A stretch of 64,000 nucleotides of DNA from Octopus sinensis (lineage: Eukaryota), in the NCBI RefSeq assembly GCF_006345805.1, contig NC_043001.1, positions 248,001 to 312,000 on the forward strand. The letters run 5' to 3'. The translations under genes and the position numbers were made by a program. Of the stretch, positions 1 through 13,851 are shown in pieces. Below the pieces are notes generated by a model that was not told the origin of the DNA, searched no databases, and saw only the letters and a program-made list of their open reading frames with translations. Numbering within the stretch: position 1 is the stretch's first letter; every line of letters starts with the position of its first letter.

Positions 1-420
1 CATGTCTCACCAGTACAGGTGCCTCTCTTACATGTCATTGGCACAGGTGAATTTTGTATGTCACCGGCATGAGTACCTTTTACATGTCACCATCATGGAT
101 GCCTTCTACATGTCACTGCCACAGGTACATTTTATGCGTCACTGGCACTGTGCATGACTACAATTTCATTTGACCTGGTGAGTCTTAAAGCACAGCAAAT
201 TGCCAAAACTGTTGGTCACTTGTCATCTCCTGTGTAAGACTCAACATCCAAAGGTAATTCACCACCTAATCCCATGTCATCCTGCGTCAGTCTTTTCCAC
301 AGGCTTCCTCCAGTTAGAGATCTTCTTTACACAGCTGTCTTCAGCCATATGCATTACATGACCATACCAGCACATTCTATTCTCTTGCACACTACATCTG
401 ATGCCTCACATTGTAATCCA
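1..420 (-). mobile_element. RTE LINE 3' fragment (degenerate)
   Basis: Same gtgccacc/ggcac-type 3' UTR repeats and degenerate C-terminal coding segment as the other RTE copies in the window. Confidence 0.6.
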
Positions 421-436
421 ATGATTACTAGGCATG

Positions 437-585
437 GGGCAGGGTGGAGAAAGACACCACCTACACAGTTTGCAAAAACAAGGCTGAGCTGGAAGCCAAG
501 ATCAAGGAGGTGTTCAAACATTTTATGAAGGACAGAATGAGAAAAGTATGCAAAAAGTTCTGGAATAAACTTATCTCACAAGTAT
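437..585 (+). mobile_element. Tc1/mariner (DD37D/maT-like) transposase C-terminal remnant
   Basis: Translates WGRVEKDT...KAELEAKIKEVF...RKVCKKFWNKL, typical of the transposase C-terminus. Confidence 0.45.
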
Positions 586-1139
586 AATCTAGTTGATACA
601 TTTTATAGTGTTTTCTTTACCTTTTAAGCAAACTGTCAGATTTAGCCCAAATACTCTGTATGTGTCTGTACACACACACTTTGTGTTATGCTAAGAAGCA
701 GTGCATGTTACCAAACTTTTCAACTTGAGTCAAATATAACAAATTACTCCAAATCATTACGGCATCGGCAGAGGAAGGTCTTATGTAATGGATGCATTTC
801 CTATCATATATTCCACAGACCTGATATCATCATTTAATGTCTGCTTTCCATGCTGGCATGGGTTGGATGGTTTGACTGAAAACTGGTAAGCTGGATGGGG
901 GGGGGGATAGCTACACCAGGTTCTGTACACATATGTATGTATATATACATTTGTGTATATGTATCTTTGTTTGCCCACAACCCCTTTTGAAGCGTGCACT
1001 TCAATTTTAACAGTTAATTTTTCAAAGCTATAATGGAAGTGACAAAGGCAACAATGCAACAGAAAGTGTGAGGAATATTAATGCAGTTATACTGGGATCA
1101 GACAATAAGCATAAGCCAGTGTCCCTTTTTCAGACAAGG

Positions 1140-1255
1140 ACAGAACAGTACTGGAGAAATACTTTTCATTATAGACAAGTGAATTTTGGAAGAGGGGCCT
1201 TGCAAGTCTACCAGATAGATGGAAGAGCATTGTAGAAAATGAAGGAGAGTATTAG
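1140..1255 (+). mobile_element. mariner transposase C-terminal remnant
   Basis: Translates ...EFWKRGLASLPDRWKSIVENEGEY, the typical mariner end (xPxRWxxxVxxxGxY). Confidence 0.55.
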
Positions 1256-1411
1256 TTATAAAATCTCAAGAAGAGATAGAGTAGTAACGTATACTAAACA
1301 GTAAAGCTTGTCGTCATATCAAGGTGGCTGTTGAATGTCACTACTAGTTTAACCCTAGGCAGATTCTCCACCAGCTGCTTATCGGTGCAACACTCTGCAC
1401 CCTGCAAATAC

Positions 1412-1628
1412 AATATATTGCTAGCAGGGGGAGCGAACACCAACTCCCCTCTAGCAGCTAACAGGATCACAAAAGCAGTTAGCAGTAGCAGATTGTAGCT
1501 ATTGCTTTGCTGTGCAGGTACTCATGATCAAAGACGAGCCAAAAGCTTGAAACCGAGTAAGTCTCGCAATCCTGTTAGCTGCTAGAGGGTAGTAGAGGGG
1601 TTCACTCTCTCTCGGCTAGCAATATATT
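1412..1628. mobile_element. MITE-like fold-back element
   Basis: Imperfect inverted arms 1412-1467 and 1569-1628 (AATATATTGCTAGC...CCCTCTAGCAGCTAACAGGAT). Confidence 0.55.
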
Positions 1629-2463
1629 TTAGATTAAAAAAGGAACTTTGTTCATCTCAATTTTGAAAAATAAAAGACGTAAAAAAAAGTGCATTATTTA
1701 TGGGATGACCCAATAATTTCAAAATATCACTATTAGGCTTGACTTTACAAATACACAAACATACATATTCTAGCAAGCTCAGAATGTTGAAAGGTAAAGT
1801 AGAGCTGGATAATTTTTGAACTCAGAACATAAATGGGTGTAATAAATTTCTAGCTATTTTGACCTATTCTAGTCATAGCATTTTGATATAACAGAATGAC
1901 CTCTTTGGTGGTGCAAAAGTATATAAACATCACCAAATGCCCATCAAATGCTTTAATGGAAAAGCACATTGGATAGTGCAAATCCAGACACATTGTCTAG
2001 AATGTAGATGGCATTCCCATGATCCAGTCATTCCTCAGACAGTTTTTAGTATGGAATAAACAGCAAAAGCAACAATTCAGAAAATATGTAAAGCAAGAAA
2101 AAAGCAACCCATTTTCAGAACTCAGAACTAAATGGAACTGATAAATTATGAAGATGTTAACAGAATAGAGATTTCTGATGTTTATAACTTTAAGATTTGA
2201 CAAAAAGAATGAATAAAAACATTCACATAGGTGGATGGAAGAACTGACAGAACATTCAACAAATAAATACTTTATGCTATTTAGATACATCTATTTATGT
2301 TCTTAGTTTAAATGATGACCAGGTTCACTTTATCTTTCATCATTCTGAAATTGCTAGAATAAGTTCAGAGGATGATGCATTCAACTGTACTCTAGAAAGA
2401 GTGGTGCTCCAGCATGATCATAGTTCATGTGAAATCAATAAAAGAATGAAAGAAAATACTCAC

Positions 2464-2600
2464 CAAGTATATCATGGAAAACCTGGGTAACACTTTTATC
2501 CCATTCACTTTGAAAGAACTGTAAGCCTACAGGAGTCAAATCATCTTCAAATTTTTTGTAGAAATCAAGATTTTTGAATGTTCTTTCTTCAAGGGACTTG
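2464..2600 (-). CDS. MRPL38: mRpL38 coding exon 6 (gene continues beyond the left edge)
   Basis: Acceptor tttttcag|, donor G|gtgagt. KSLEERTFKNLDFYKKFEDDLTPVGLQFFQSEWDKSVTQVFHDIL matches the mL38 RTFxTxDFY...TPAGLSFFQ motif. No terminal exon was found in 1-2463. Confidence 0.92.
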
Positions 2601-3822
2601 CTGAAAAACAAAACAAAACAAAGGAACAAGTGAACTCAAAGTACTTTAATACTTTAGGAATTATCATCATTTAACGCCCATCTTCTATGTTGGCATGGGT
2701 TAAACAGTTGGATAGGAGCTGGCAAGCCAGAAGACTGCACCAAGTTCCACTGTCTGATTTGGTATAGTTTTCACAGCTGGCTGCCTTTTCTAACACCATC
2801 CACATTACAGAGTGGACTGGGTGCTTTTAACATGGCACCAGCACTAGCGAGGTCTGTTTTGGCATGGTTTTCATAGCTGGACACCCTTCCTAAAGCCAAC
2901 CACTTTAGGAATGAAGTTACAAAAAAGGACTGACAAATAATTTTTGTATTATTTATGATGCATGGTTATATTTCATTGAAAGTCTCTCTAGAATAGTTAA
3001 CGCTTTCTGTTATATAGATAACAACCAATTTGGCAGTGAAAGAGGGTACCTCAAAAGCTTGGTAGACAGAATAAGGAAGAGTTGTAAAATGTTCAGAATG
3101 CTATTACCTCAGCTCGCACTAAAAAGATTCTTCTTCACAGGAAAAAGTAGATTGTGTTATGTGTGTATGAACAGTTATATTGTGTATCAGTGAAACAAGC
3201 AATCAAAATAGAAGATGTGTGAAAACTGGAAAGAAATGAAGGTAGCCTCTTATACCAGATAGGTAATATAAGAGTTCATGAATAAAAGAGCGCAAATAAG
3301 CTGAGAGTAAAACTGGCTACAGGAGAATCAAATGTCGTGACTCAACTCATATGATATTTGTGAATGATAATAGATGGATAAAGAAGAGCCAAATGTTGAT
3401 GTAAGTAGAAGGAACTTGAGGGATATGATGAGTGAGAAAGACAAGGGAGGCAGTAGTGAAGGGTGATTGCAAGAAAGTTAAACCTCATCAAGGAGATGAC
3501 AAAGAACCACAGGTGGTAAGATGCATTGCTGGAGAAACCCAGTCACACCCATGTAAGCATGCAAAATCAAATGTAACAGGATTTATATTATTTTTATTCC
3601 TTCATAATATAACACTGCTTGTAAATCTTCTCTAGAATATTATTTTAAGTAAATTTATTCTAAAATTATTTTCTTTCATGTCTGTTTTCTATATAACATC
3701 CACTCTACACGATTATGATGGCTTTGAAACTACTTTATTAGAAGCTGCTTTCTCTTTCTATTTCTTAGCATGCAATTGTGAAATACAATGCTATTTCAAG
3801 AAGTGGATGGTATATCATGAAA

Positions 3823-5520
3823 TCATCATCATCATCGTTTAACATCCGCTTTCCATGCTGGCAAGGGTTGGACGGTTTGACTGAGGACTGGTGAGCCAGA
3901 TGGCTGCACTAAGTTCCAATCTGATCTGGCAGTTTCTACAGCTGGATGCCCTTCCTAATGCCAACCACTCCCGAGAGTGTAGTGTGTGTTTTTACATGAC
4001 ATCGGCACGACGGCCAGTCAGGTGGTACTGGCAACGGCCATGCTCAAATTGTCTTTTACATGCCACCTTCATAGGAGCCAGTTCAGTGGCACTGGCAACG
4101 ACCTCGCCTGAATGTTGTTTTTGCGTACCACCGGCACAAGTGCCAGTAAGGCAATGCTGGTAACGATCACGCTCGAATGGTGCTTTTTACATGCCACCAG
4201 CACAGGAGCCAGTCAGTGACCCTGGCAACAATTACGCTTGGATGGTGCTCTTAGTGCTCCACTAGCATGGATGCCAGTCATGTGGTGCTGACACCGAATT
4301 TGATTTCAATTTCACTTGCTCAACAGGTCTTTGCAAGCAGAGATTAGTGTCCAAAGAAGGAAAAGGTATGCCTAAGTGGGCTGGTTACACCACTGGCATA
4401 GGCCACGGTTTATGGTCTCACTTGGCTTGCTGAGTCTTCTCAAGCACAGCATATTTCCAAAGGTCTCGGTCATTAGTCATTGCCTCGGTGAGGCCTAATG
4501 TTCAAAGGTTGTGCTTCACCACCTCATCCCAGGTCTTCCTGGGTCTACCTCTTCCACAGGTTCCCTCAACTTCTAGGGTGTGACACTTTTCCACACAGCT
4601 ATCCTCAACCATTTGCAACACATGACCGTACCAGCGCAGTCGTCTCTCTTGCACACCACATCTGATGTTTCTTTAGTCTAACTTTTCTCTCAGGGCACTT
4701 ACACTGTTGAGTATGCACACTGACATTACACATCTAGACGAGTATACTGGCTTTGTTCCTTGCAAGCTTACGCATATCCTCAGCAGTCACAGCCCATGTT
4801 TCACTACCATGTAGCATGGCTGTTCGTACACATGCATCATACAGTCTACCTTTCACTCTGAGCGAGAGGCCCTTTGTCACCAGCAGAAGTAGTTGCTCTC
4901 TGAACTTTTCCCAGGCTCTTCTTATTCTAGCAGCTACACTTTCAGTGCACCCTCCCCTGCTACTGACTTAATCACCTAGGTAACAGGAGCTATCAATTAC
5001 TTCTAGTTTTTCTCCCTGGAATGTGGCGGAAGTTGTTCGCTGTACATTTTCTGTGTCTATTGCTCCAGAGCATCTACCACATACAAAAACTATCTTCTCA
5101 GTTAGCCTTCCTTTGAAATTGCTGCACCTCTTATGTGTCCATAGCTTACACTGGGTACATCTTATGGAGTTTCTACCTACGCTGTTTCTACAGATCGAGC
5201 AGGGCCATCTACCTGAAGGGATTTGTGGTTTGTCTGTCTTCCTACTTATTAGGACTTTGGTTCTAGCTATGTTGACTCTAAGGCCCTTTGATTCTAATCC
5301 TTTTTTCCACACTTGAAACTTCTCCTCTAGTTCTGAGTGACATAGCAATTAGAGCAAGGTCATCAGCACAGAGGAGCTCCCAGTGGCATCCTGTCTTGAA
5401 TTCCTTTGTTATTGCCTGGAGGACTATAAATAGGAGGGGGGCTGAGGACTGAACCTTGGTGAACCCCTACCTCTACCTGGAATTCTCGCTGCCAACCCTC
5501 ACCTTACTGACAGCGTCCCT
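3823..5520 (-). mobile_element. RTE LINE 3' half (5'-truncated, degenerate)
   Basis: (GAT)n tail at ~3823-3838, 3' UTR, C-terminus GRGRPRKTW...DLW, and RT segment (ORF 4968-5348) with a Cys-rich insert. Confidence 0.85.
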
Positions 5521-6819
5521 GTATATGGCTCGCACAGCTCTCACTAACCATTCTTCTATCCCTAGTTTCCTCATTGACCACTAGATAAGAGATTGGGGGA
5601 CCCTGTCAAAGGCTTTCTCCATGACAATGAAAGCCAGATACAGAGGTTTATCTCAACCACTATTATGAAGGTGTCAGTAGAATTTTCTGATATTTGATAC
5701 CATTTAAAAAATAATACTATAATAGAGTAACTTGACAGGAAACCCAAATCCAAGAGGTAAGAGGAGAGACAGGTGAAGATTATGCTGATGTGGGCACTAT
5801 TTTCACTGAATTTGTGACGTGTGAGAGATTACTGATGTATAATGCAATATAAATATCAATCTCCATTGGCTCTGTTTGGTATCTCAAGAGAGAAAGAGAT
5901 TGTGGTGGTCATTTACCATTGTTTTTTTATCAGTAATATGTAGCTGGAAGCGAAGATAGAGTCAGAAAAGTTGCCCTTTTCTGAAAATGAACCCACTGAC
6001 TGACTCATTAACACAATAACTTAAAAATACAAGTTTAAAGTGTGTAAAATCAAAACAATAATATTTTACATTAATTTGATAGTAACTTAGTTCAGAAATT
6101 CTGATATGCAATGAGAGCAACAGAAATGATACAATTTAATGGATAGCTCTGCTCTACCCCCATTCTCACTATCCCATCAGGCTCCCACACATCTTATTCC
6201 CTACATTTGTCACAGTTGTCTCTGATATTATTTGCCTACCATAATTACCTGAAAGCAGAATAGGCACATCCTATGCACACATCCTTTCTTTCATTACCTT
6301 CCTGTTTTCTCCCTCTCCCCATAACCATTTCCATTCTTCAGTGTCTGTTTCAGTCATGCTGTCCCCTCTCTATCAAACTCCAACCTTAGAACCACTTCCA
6401 TTCCACATTATCCTCCTTTCAGCAATGCTCTCTCTCTCCTCCAGACTGTACTGCATCCATCCTTACACCAATTTCTCCTGATGCCTTCACATATCTAACA
6501 TAACACCTCTCCCTATTAGTCACTCTAATACCCGCCATCTTCAATTACTACAGCCACTGCTATATTATCTAACCAGCTCTCCTCACATTCTAATGAAATT
6601 TTCCCCCATCACTTCACCTCTATTTCCCCAACAACACCTACAGTGCTCTGAGGGTATATCCTGACATATCCACCACAATCTCTCTCACTCACTCCATCAC
6701 AATCTTTCCTCTCTCAAACTCTTTCTTTTTTCCATCTTCAACTGGGATAAAAGCACCCATCTCTATCCCTCTATTATTTTTTTAACTTCACATAAACGGG
6801 CACAAAGCCACCTCCCTCA

Positions 6820-7065
6820 GTACCACTTCCCCCCAGTCAAGGGGACTTTGTCTTGTCTTGCAAGTTACTTGATGACCCTGCTGGTATCGGTGCCACATAT
6901 AAAGAACCCATTCTACTCTGTAAAGTGGTTGTCATTAGGAAGGGAATTCAATCACAGAAACTATGCCAAAACAGATAATAGTGCTTGGCATACCCTCCAG
7001 CTCGCCAGATCCTGTCAAATTGTCCAATCCATGCCAGCATGGAAAATGGACATTAAATGATGATG
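6820..7065 (+). mobile_element. SINE/RTE-related 3' tail
   Basis: Ends ...ccatgccagcatggaaaatggacattaaatgatgatg, the same tail as the RTE family. Confidence 0.55.
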
Positions 7066-7119
7066 ATTTTTTTTTTAATATAACAACACATACAAAATAT
7101 ATTAAAATTAAATACATAC

Positions 7120-7278
7120 CAGTTAGGTGGTCTCAATTCTGATGAGAAATCTAATTTTTTATTTTGCTTATACAAAAGGAACACATATCTATGAAATCCT
7201 GTGCCCTTGAGAGGAAATGGGGGCAAATAATTACAGATAACTTCACCATTTTCAATTTGGTCATTTGGAATATTACCT
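7120..7278 (-). CDS. MRPL38: mRpL38 coding exon 5
   Basis: Acceptor ttttccaacag|, donor |gtatgt. GNIPNDQIENGEVICNYLPPFPLKGTGFHRYVFLLYKQ carries the PEBP GTGxHRYVF motif. Confidence 0.93.
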
Positions 7279-7890
7279 CTGTTGGAAAATTAGATCAAAA
7301 AATTATTTGAAAGATTAAGAACTTATTTAGTAGGAAGATTATAAAATGATTTGAAATAAGAAAATTAAACAAAATTACATTAGTATAATAAATTTAAACA
7401 GAATGGTTAAAATATATTTTATACCACTTGGTTGCAAAGTCATTTTGATAATGTAAAAAAGAGAAGTTTAAACAAGATTAATGACTACAAAATCAATTCT
7501 GTCAATTTTAAAAATCTGAATACAGAATATAAACATTAAATAAACTAAAGAATGTAAATCAATTTTTCATCACAGAAAGATTAAGCTACTAATCTGTTTA
7601 AACCAGGATGAGATCTTACTGTGAAAAACCATTTTACTTGTTTTTTTAAAAACTTTACTCTATGCCCATCAAATGTATGGATGCAGGGAAGACTATATTG
7701 GATAAACTAAACTCACTTTAAGAATGAGATTAAATATTCATCATCAACAAATACATGATCCCAAAACTAAACAAATTCCGCTTATTGAACATCTGAACAC
7801 ATGCACAAAAACCAGATCTCCCAAATTTCTTGTCTTGCAACTCTATCAATGTGCAGACAATACTCCAGACCAAATAAGAATTACAGGCAT

Positions 7891-8062
7891 ATTTAAGGCA
7901 TGAGGAATTATGTACATTATTTACATTTGACAGATATTTGTCCTCATCTTGTTTGTTGATGACACAACGTTTTGGCTGAAATACCCTCCAGTCTTCATCA
8001 GGTGTCTTGGGGAAATTTCAAACCTGGGTTCTCATTCCTAAGGTATTTTTCGATGTTATTAT
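7891..8062 (-). mobile_element. HHR-tailed SINE-like element, tail-only copy D
   Basis: Reverse complement of 39335-39505. HHR motif at 8006-7961 with GAAA changed to AAAA. Confidence 0.7.
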
Positions 8063-8069
8063 TTGCATC

Positions 8070-8453
8070 AGCTATGCTCAAATGGTGCTTTTCACATGCG
8101 GCTAGCATGGGTACCAGTCAGGCGGCACTGGCATTAGCCATGACTACAATTTGACTCTGTTAAACAGGTCTTCACAAGCACAGCATATTGCACAATGACT
8201 GAAGGGAGCTTTTAAACAGGTCAGTTATGCAACACTTGCATAAGCCATGACTACGATCTCATTTGGCTTGCTGGGTCTTCTCAAGCACGGTGTATTTCTA
8301 AAGGTATTGGCTGCTTGTCATTGCATCTGTGAGGCCCAATGTTTGAAGGTCATGCTTCACCACCTCATCCTATGTCTTACTGGATCTACCTCTTCCACAG
8401 GTTCCCTCCACTGTCAGAATGTGACACATTTTCACACAGCTGCCCTCATCCAC

Positions 8454-8460
<7 letters not shown>
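8070..8460 (-). mobile_element. RTE LINE 3' fragment
   Basis: Degenerate GRGRPRKTWDEVVKHDL-type C-terminus on the minus strand, ending at a (TC)n(TA)n microsatellite. Confidence 0.65.
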
Positions 8461-8550
<90 letters not shown>

Positions 8551-8929
8551 CATATTTATGTCACAATATTTGGATAATTTGATAGTAATCATAAAAAATG
8601 TCCCTTAATGTATCATTCTACAAAACATATAGAATTTATAGTATGATACAAAAGAAAAGGATAAGGAGTGTATAGACTTATAAAAGAAATAGTTTGCTGA
8701 AATTTTATTTAACAATAAGAAAATTAAAATATTATCACAAATTATTTCATAACTTAAAACATGTAGATAATTTATGTTATATTTAATAATAAATAAAATT
8801 GCTTACATGTCTGCATTAATGGAAAATGCAAAACATCTTTCAAATTAATTCAGAAATTAAGCTATGTCTTCTGCTGAAAGAAAGTAGTATGCAATCAAGC
8901 CTTATGCATAGCACTCACCAAAACACACG

Positions 8930-11770
8930 TAAAACCTGGCATCACAGATGCATAAATACACATACCAAAGTATGTTGTATTGTGAAGTGACAGAAAAGAC
9001 AGGAGCCACGGTGGACTCGCAAGTTACATCTATGAAAATCTAATGCTCCAGATCCTTTTGCCACACTCAAACACAGTGTGTGACACCCTAATTGTACACA
9101 TAAGACAACTCAATATAGTCAAGTGTACTACATATCGCTTACCAGATGCTCCAAATCAGAGGCCTAGTTGAAGACTGCCTTGGAAGACAAGAAGGCCTTA
9201 ATCAAACTAGAAGAGCACATCAGTGTACTTCACATAGGAGACTTCAATCTGCCTAATGTAGGATAGCCTGAAGGCCTTCTTATCTCAGAAATGATGCTAT
9301 GTGAGCAAAGTAATGTGGAATCCCTACTCAACCTCACCAACATAAAATACACCAACCAACTAGGGCAAAACAATATACACTTGATCTCTGCTTCACAAAT
9401 AATGTGGATCTCATCCATAATGTGAAAGTCACAGTGACACTAGTCTCGGATCACAACACAAGAGAGCTCACCATGAATGGAACAAAAGAACCCACAAATA
9501 TGCAGCCTATGAGAAGCAGCCAAAATCTATCCAATCTGAACCACCATAAAGTAGGCTGGAAATCAATTGAGAAAGAGATCATCAAACTGAACAGGTCCTA
9601 ATGTCTCTCTACACAGGACATAGACATAAAATTGAAAACTTCCATGTCCATAATGCAAGTCAAATGCTACAATTTTGTCCCAGAGAGAAAGGCCACTGTG
9701 CATAAAACAAGATTTTTATGGAGAGAAAAGTTCTTATGAGACAGTATACAAAGACTGCAAACCTTGACAGAGAACTCAACAGCAGTAAAAAGTCGTGTCT
9801 GGAAACAGCACTGCTGGAGATTAAGACACATCTGAAATGCTCCCATGAAAATGGAGCAAAGAAGTTGGGTTATAAAAAATATAAAATCAAACCCTAAAGC
9901 CTTTTTTAAGTACACCAAGGAAACTGCCTTTGTGCGTCGCAAGGTAGGGCTGCTCCTTAAAAAGGACGGTTCCCTCATGGGAAACCCAATGATGATAAGT
10001 GAAATACTGAATAAACAGTTCTAAAGTGTCTTCACCCCAGTCTTACAACACATGCAAGTTAATAAACCTGTAAAATTCTTTCCTACTAGAGAAGCAGAAA
10101 GGGAAGCAATAGATCAATTGATTGCATAAACGTCAAAGGAAGTGGATGTAATACTGGCAATAGATGATGTAGACAAAAACTCAGCTACTGGCCCTGATAA
10201 ATTCCCAACAATCCTTCTCAAGTCATGGGAATGAGCCCTTGCAAAATCACTGCAGTTTGTTTTTCAAAGCTTCCTTGCAAATGGTAAATTCCTGGGCAAA
10301 TTGATGGAGGGAATAATATGCTTTATTCACAAAGGAAGCAGAGCAGATGCTAAAAACTATAGGCCTATCTCACTGACCTCACACATTCATCACGGTCATG
10401 GAACGAATAGTCTGAAGGAAATTAATCGCATTCCTTTAAGAGAATGACTTGCTGACTGACACTCAGCATGGTTTTGGATCAGGTAGAAGCTGCCTGACAC
10501 AACTCTTGCAGCACTACAACTGGGTGCTAAAGCAGCAGCTCAACAACTCAAATATGAATGTGATGATATATCTTTACTTTGTAAGAACTTTTGACTAAGT
10601 CAAACCTGGTATGATATGTCACAAGCTATGTAATCTTGACATAGTGGGAAAAACTTGGAGAATGGCTACATGACTTACTATAAGGTAGAAATCAAATAGT
10701 GGTGGTCAACAGGGCTAGCTCAAAGGAAATACAAATAATGAGTGGTGCTCCACAGGGAGGTGTCTTGGGGGCCGTTGTTATTCATAGTGACCTTCTTAGA
10801 CATGCTCTCAGCTGCTCAAGTAGCCACCCTTGCTAATTATGCAGATTATACAAAAGACTAAGAAGATACAGAACTTGGAGACATTGCGCATCTGCAACAA
10901 GAGTTGGATGCAATATACAGATGAGCTGAGGAAAATAATATGCAGTTTAATGCTGGAAAATTCCAAGTCCTGTGCTACCAACACACGAAGCTCAATGAAA
11001 AGCAGATAGGATACACTGGCTCAGGAGGTACTGCAATCTCTGAATCAAAATTAGTGCACAATCTGGGCAACAACATGAGTATTGATGCATTTTTCCAGGT
11101 GCATATTACCAAGTTGGCAATAAAATGCAGGTGCTTGGCTGGATGGATCCTTCAAACTTTCAAAACGAGAGAATGGAAAACCATGATGGTCATCTGGAAG
11201 ACATTTGTCTGGATTACTGCTCTGAACTACGGTCACCAAACAATGTAAAATTAACGCTGGAACTTGAGGCAATTCAGTGAAGCTACACAAAGATCATCTC
11301 AATGTGATATGTTAGCTACTGGGAGAGATCAAAAAAGTTAAGAGTCTACTCCCTAGAACGAAGGCAGGAAAGATATGCAGTAATATACATCTGGAAAATC
11401 CTAGAACTCATACCAAACTTTGACATTATCATTTGCACAAATAGTAGAACAGGGCATCACTGCATAGTATGATAAATCCTAACATTGCCATCAGGATACA
11501 AGACCAGATACTGCAACAACTAGGTCTTCAAAGGCCTACAGCTCTTCAATATCCTCCTACATTGAATGCATGTAGGTGTCTTCAAAACCAAATTAGATCT
11601 TCCCCTGTCAAGAGTTCCAGAGGAACTTACCTCGAAGCAAGAAACACAAATGAGGGCAGCAGCATCGAATTCCCTCATTCACCAAATACCATACATCAGA
11701 GGAGGTTTAGTGAAAGTGTAGCAATGCAAATGGCAGTGCCCCAGCAAGGGCATAGCCCTTGGGTTATATA
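8930..11770 (+). mobile_element. CR1-like LINE, degenerate (APE + RT)
   Basis: Remnants of RKDRSHGG (APE), GDFNLP, NYRPISLT, QHGF..GRSCLTQLL, GAPQGGVLGPLL and LRVYSLERRQERY, with many stops and frameshifts. Confidence 0.8.
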
Positions 11771-12379
11771 CATATATATATATAATTTTTAAATAAATAA
11801 ATAAATAACATTAATATTCATGAGAGATATTAATGTTAGTGGCCACAAGATAAAAACAGTATCAGCAAAATTAATAGATATAACAATTATAACAAGAGCA
11901 CTATTAAAGCACCAGCATTGCTAAAAACAGGAGTCAAAATACTCCGAAGCCACAAAAGTTAACACTATATTTTCACAGGCAAAGTTGGAAAAAAAACCCG
12001 AAGTAAATGAGGATTGCATCTTACCTCTGCAAAATTGCAAGAAAAAATGCTAGTTAACTTTTATCATGATTTTGAATTTAGCGCCAAAAGACACTTGATT
12101 CGCTTTAGCTAAGTCTACCCATAAGAAATCCATATATCACTTCAACCAATGCCTGTGTTCGTTTCAGTGTACAAGCCGCACTGAGAAAAACGAACTAAGT
12201 AAATAGAATATTTTTTAAATATATAAATAGCATTAATATTCATGAGAGATATTCATGTTAGAGGTCACAAGCTGAAAACCATACAGGCAAAATTAATAGA
12301 TATATATAAGAATAATATATAACAAGATAACTGTCAAAGCACCAGCTTTGCTAAAAATAGGAAGTGTCACATTTACTTT

Positions 12380-12742
12380 CTTGTAACAGCACTATCTGAC
12401 TGGCACCCATGGAAATTGCACATAAAAAGCTTTTTTCGAGCATTAGGCCTCATGGAGGCTGAGACCTTTGGAGATACACCATGCTTGTGTACACCTGTCA
12501 AGCCAAGTGAGATTGTAGTCATGGCCAATGCCAGTGTCATGTCAAAAACACATGTTCCACTGGCACATAAAAAGTACCCACTATACTCTTGGAGTGTCTG
12601 GCATTAGGAAGATCATCCAGCCATAGAAACCTGGCAAAATTGGACTGGAACCTGGTGCAGCTCCCTGGCTTACCAGTTTTCAGTCAAACCAGCCAACCCA
12701 TGTCAGCATGGAAAGTGGATATTAAACGATGATGATGATGAT
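12380..12742 (+). mobile_element. RTE 3' end/tail
   Basis: 3' UTR motif ggcattaggaag..catccagc and the ...aaacgatgatgatg tail. Confidence 0.65.
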
Positions 12743-12767
12743 GTAATATATATATATATACATACAT

Positions 12768-13335
12768 ACAAGTTGTCCTAGAAAGATTTACTCGTGTTCA
12801 AAACTCATGTAATATTATCTACATTTTACATAAAGATTTGCATGCCTTTTGTTTATGTGAGTATTGTTTCATTCATCTATAATAAGTTTGTAAACAAACA
12901 TGACATTGAAAATAAAACCTGACCAAATTGTCACTTTGACAACAGCTGGAGTGAGCAACAAGGACATGAAATAGTTGAATGAATGCCATAAAACAGTGTT
13001 CAATGCCTGGAAATGAAATATGGAGTTTGCTACTACCTCTAGCAAGCCAATTCCTGGTAGGAAATGATCAATTTGTACAAAACCAACCATTGAAGCTGTG
13101 AAGAAGCAAAGGAACTGAAAGCCTAACAGGAATGCCAGAAAAACTACAAAAGTTCTTGATATTTTGAAATCATGAATGCACAGGATTTTTAAAGAAGTCT
13201 TAAAGCTAACTGCATACAAGAAACAATCCTGGTAATTAATTTCAGCAGCTTCCAAGAAGAAACATCTCAACTGGGGTAAAACCATGTTAGATGAGATGAA
13301 GTGTGTCACTAACAAAGTGTTGTCGACATACATAT
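12768..13335 (+). mobile_element. DD37D/maT-like transposase remnant
   Basis: Degenerate HRIFKEVLKLTAYKKQ...LISAASKKKHLNWGKTMLDEMK; starts after (TA)n with tacaagttgtcc, a possible TIR. Confidence 0.45.
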
Positions 13336-13631
13336 GTATTTATCTTTGCAATATACTTTTAATGTATACATCTATATATTTGTATACTTTTAATGTATTG
13401 ATTACTCTGTATTTTATAAATCTATATATTTTTGATCTGTTTGATATATTGAATATACTTTCAGAGAAATTCATGCATGTTGGGTATAGGGCTGAATAAA
13501 TATAAATGTATATGTGAACTTGATTTACCTAACTTTGATTCTTTCTTCTGCATAATTGTAACACCTTAGGTTTAATATACTGAGCACTTCAAAGTGAAGT
13601 CTATGCATTGGAGGGAATAATTTTCCTTATA

Positions 13632-13633
<2 letters not shown>

Positions 13634-13711
<78 letters not shown>

Positions 13712-13742
13712 ATATATATACATATATTGAAATATATACACA
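13634..13742. repeat. (TA)n microsatellite
   Basis: About 100 bp of near-pure TA dinucleotide. Confidence 0.95.
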
Positions 13743-13851
13743 CACACAGTCAATAAAGTGACCTATACATAGTCTCAGACTAAACACAAATTAAACACCA
13801 CCACTATATATAAAAAGATAACAAAGAAAGTTGAAATAATATAGTACTTAC

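Noticed and set aside
3840-4000. HDV-like ribozyme in the RTE 3' UTR
   Set aside because: I could not build the nested double pseudoknot by hand; only a terminal CCATGC/GCATGG hairpin is evident.
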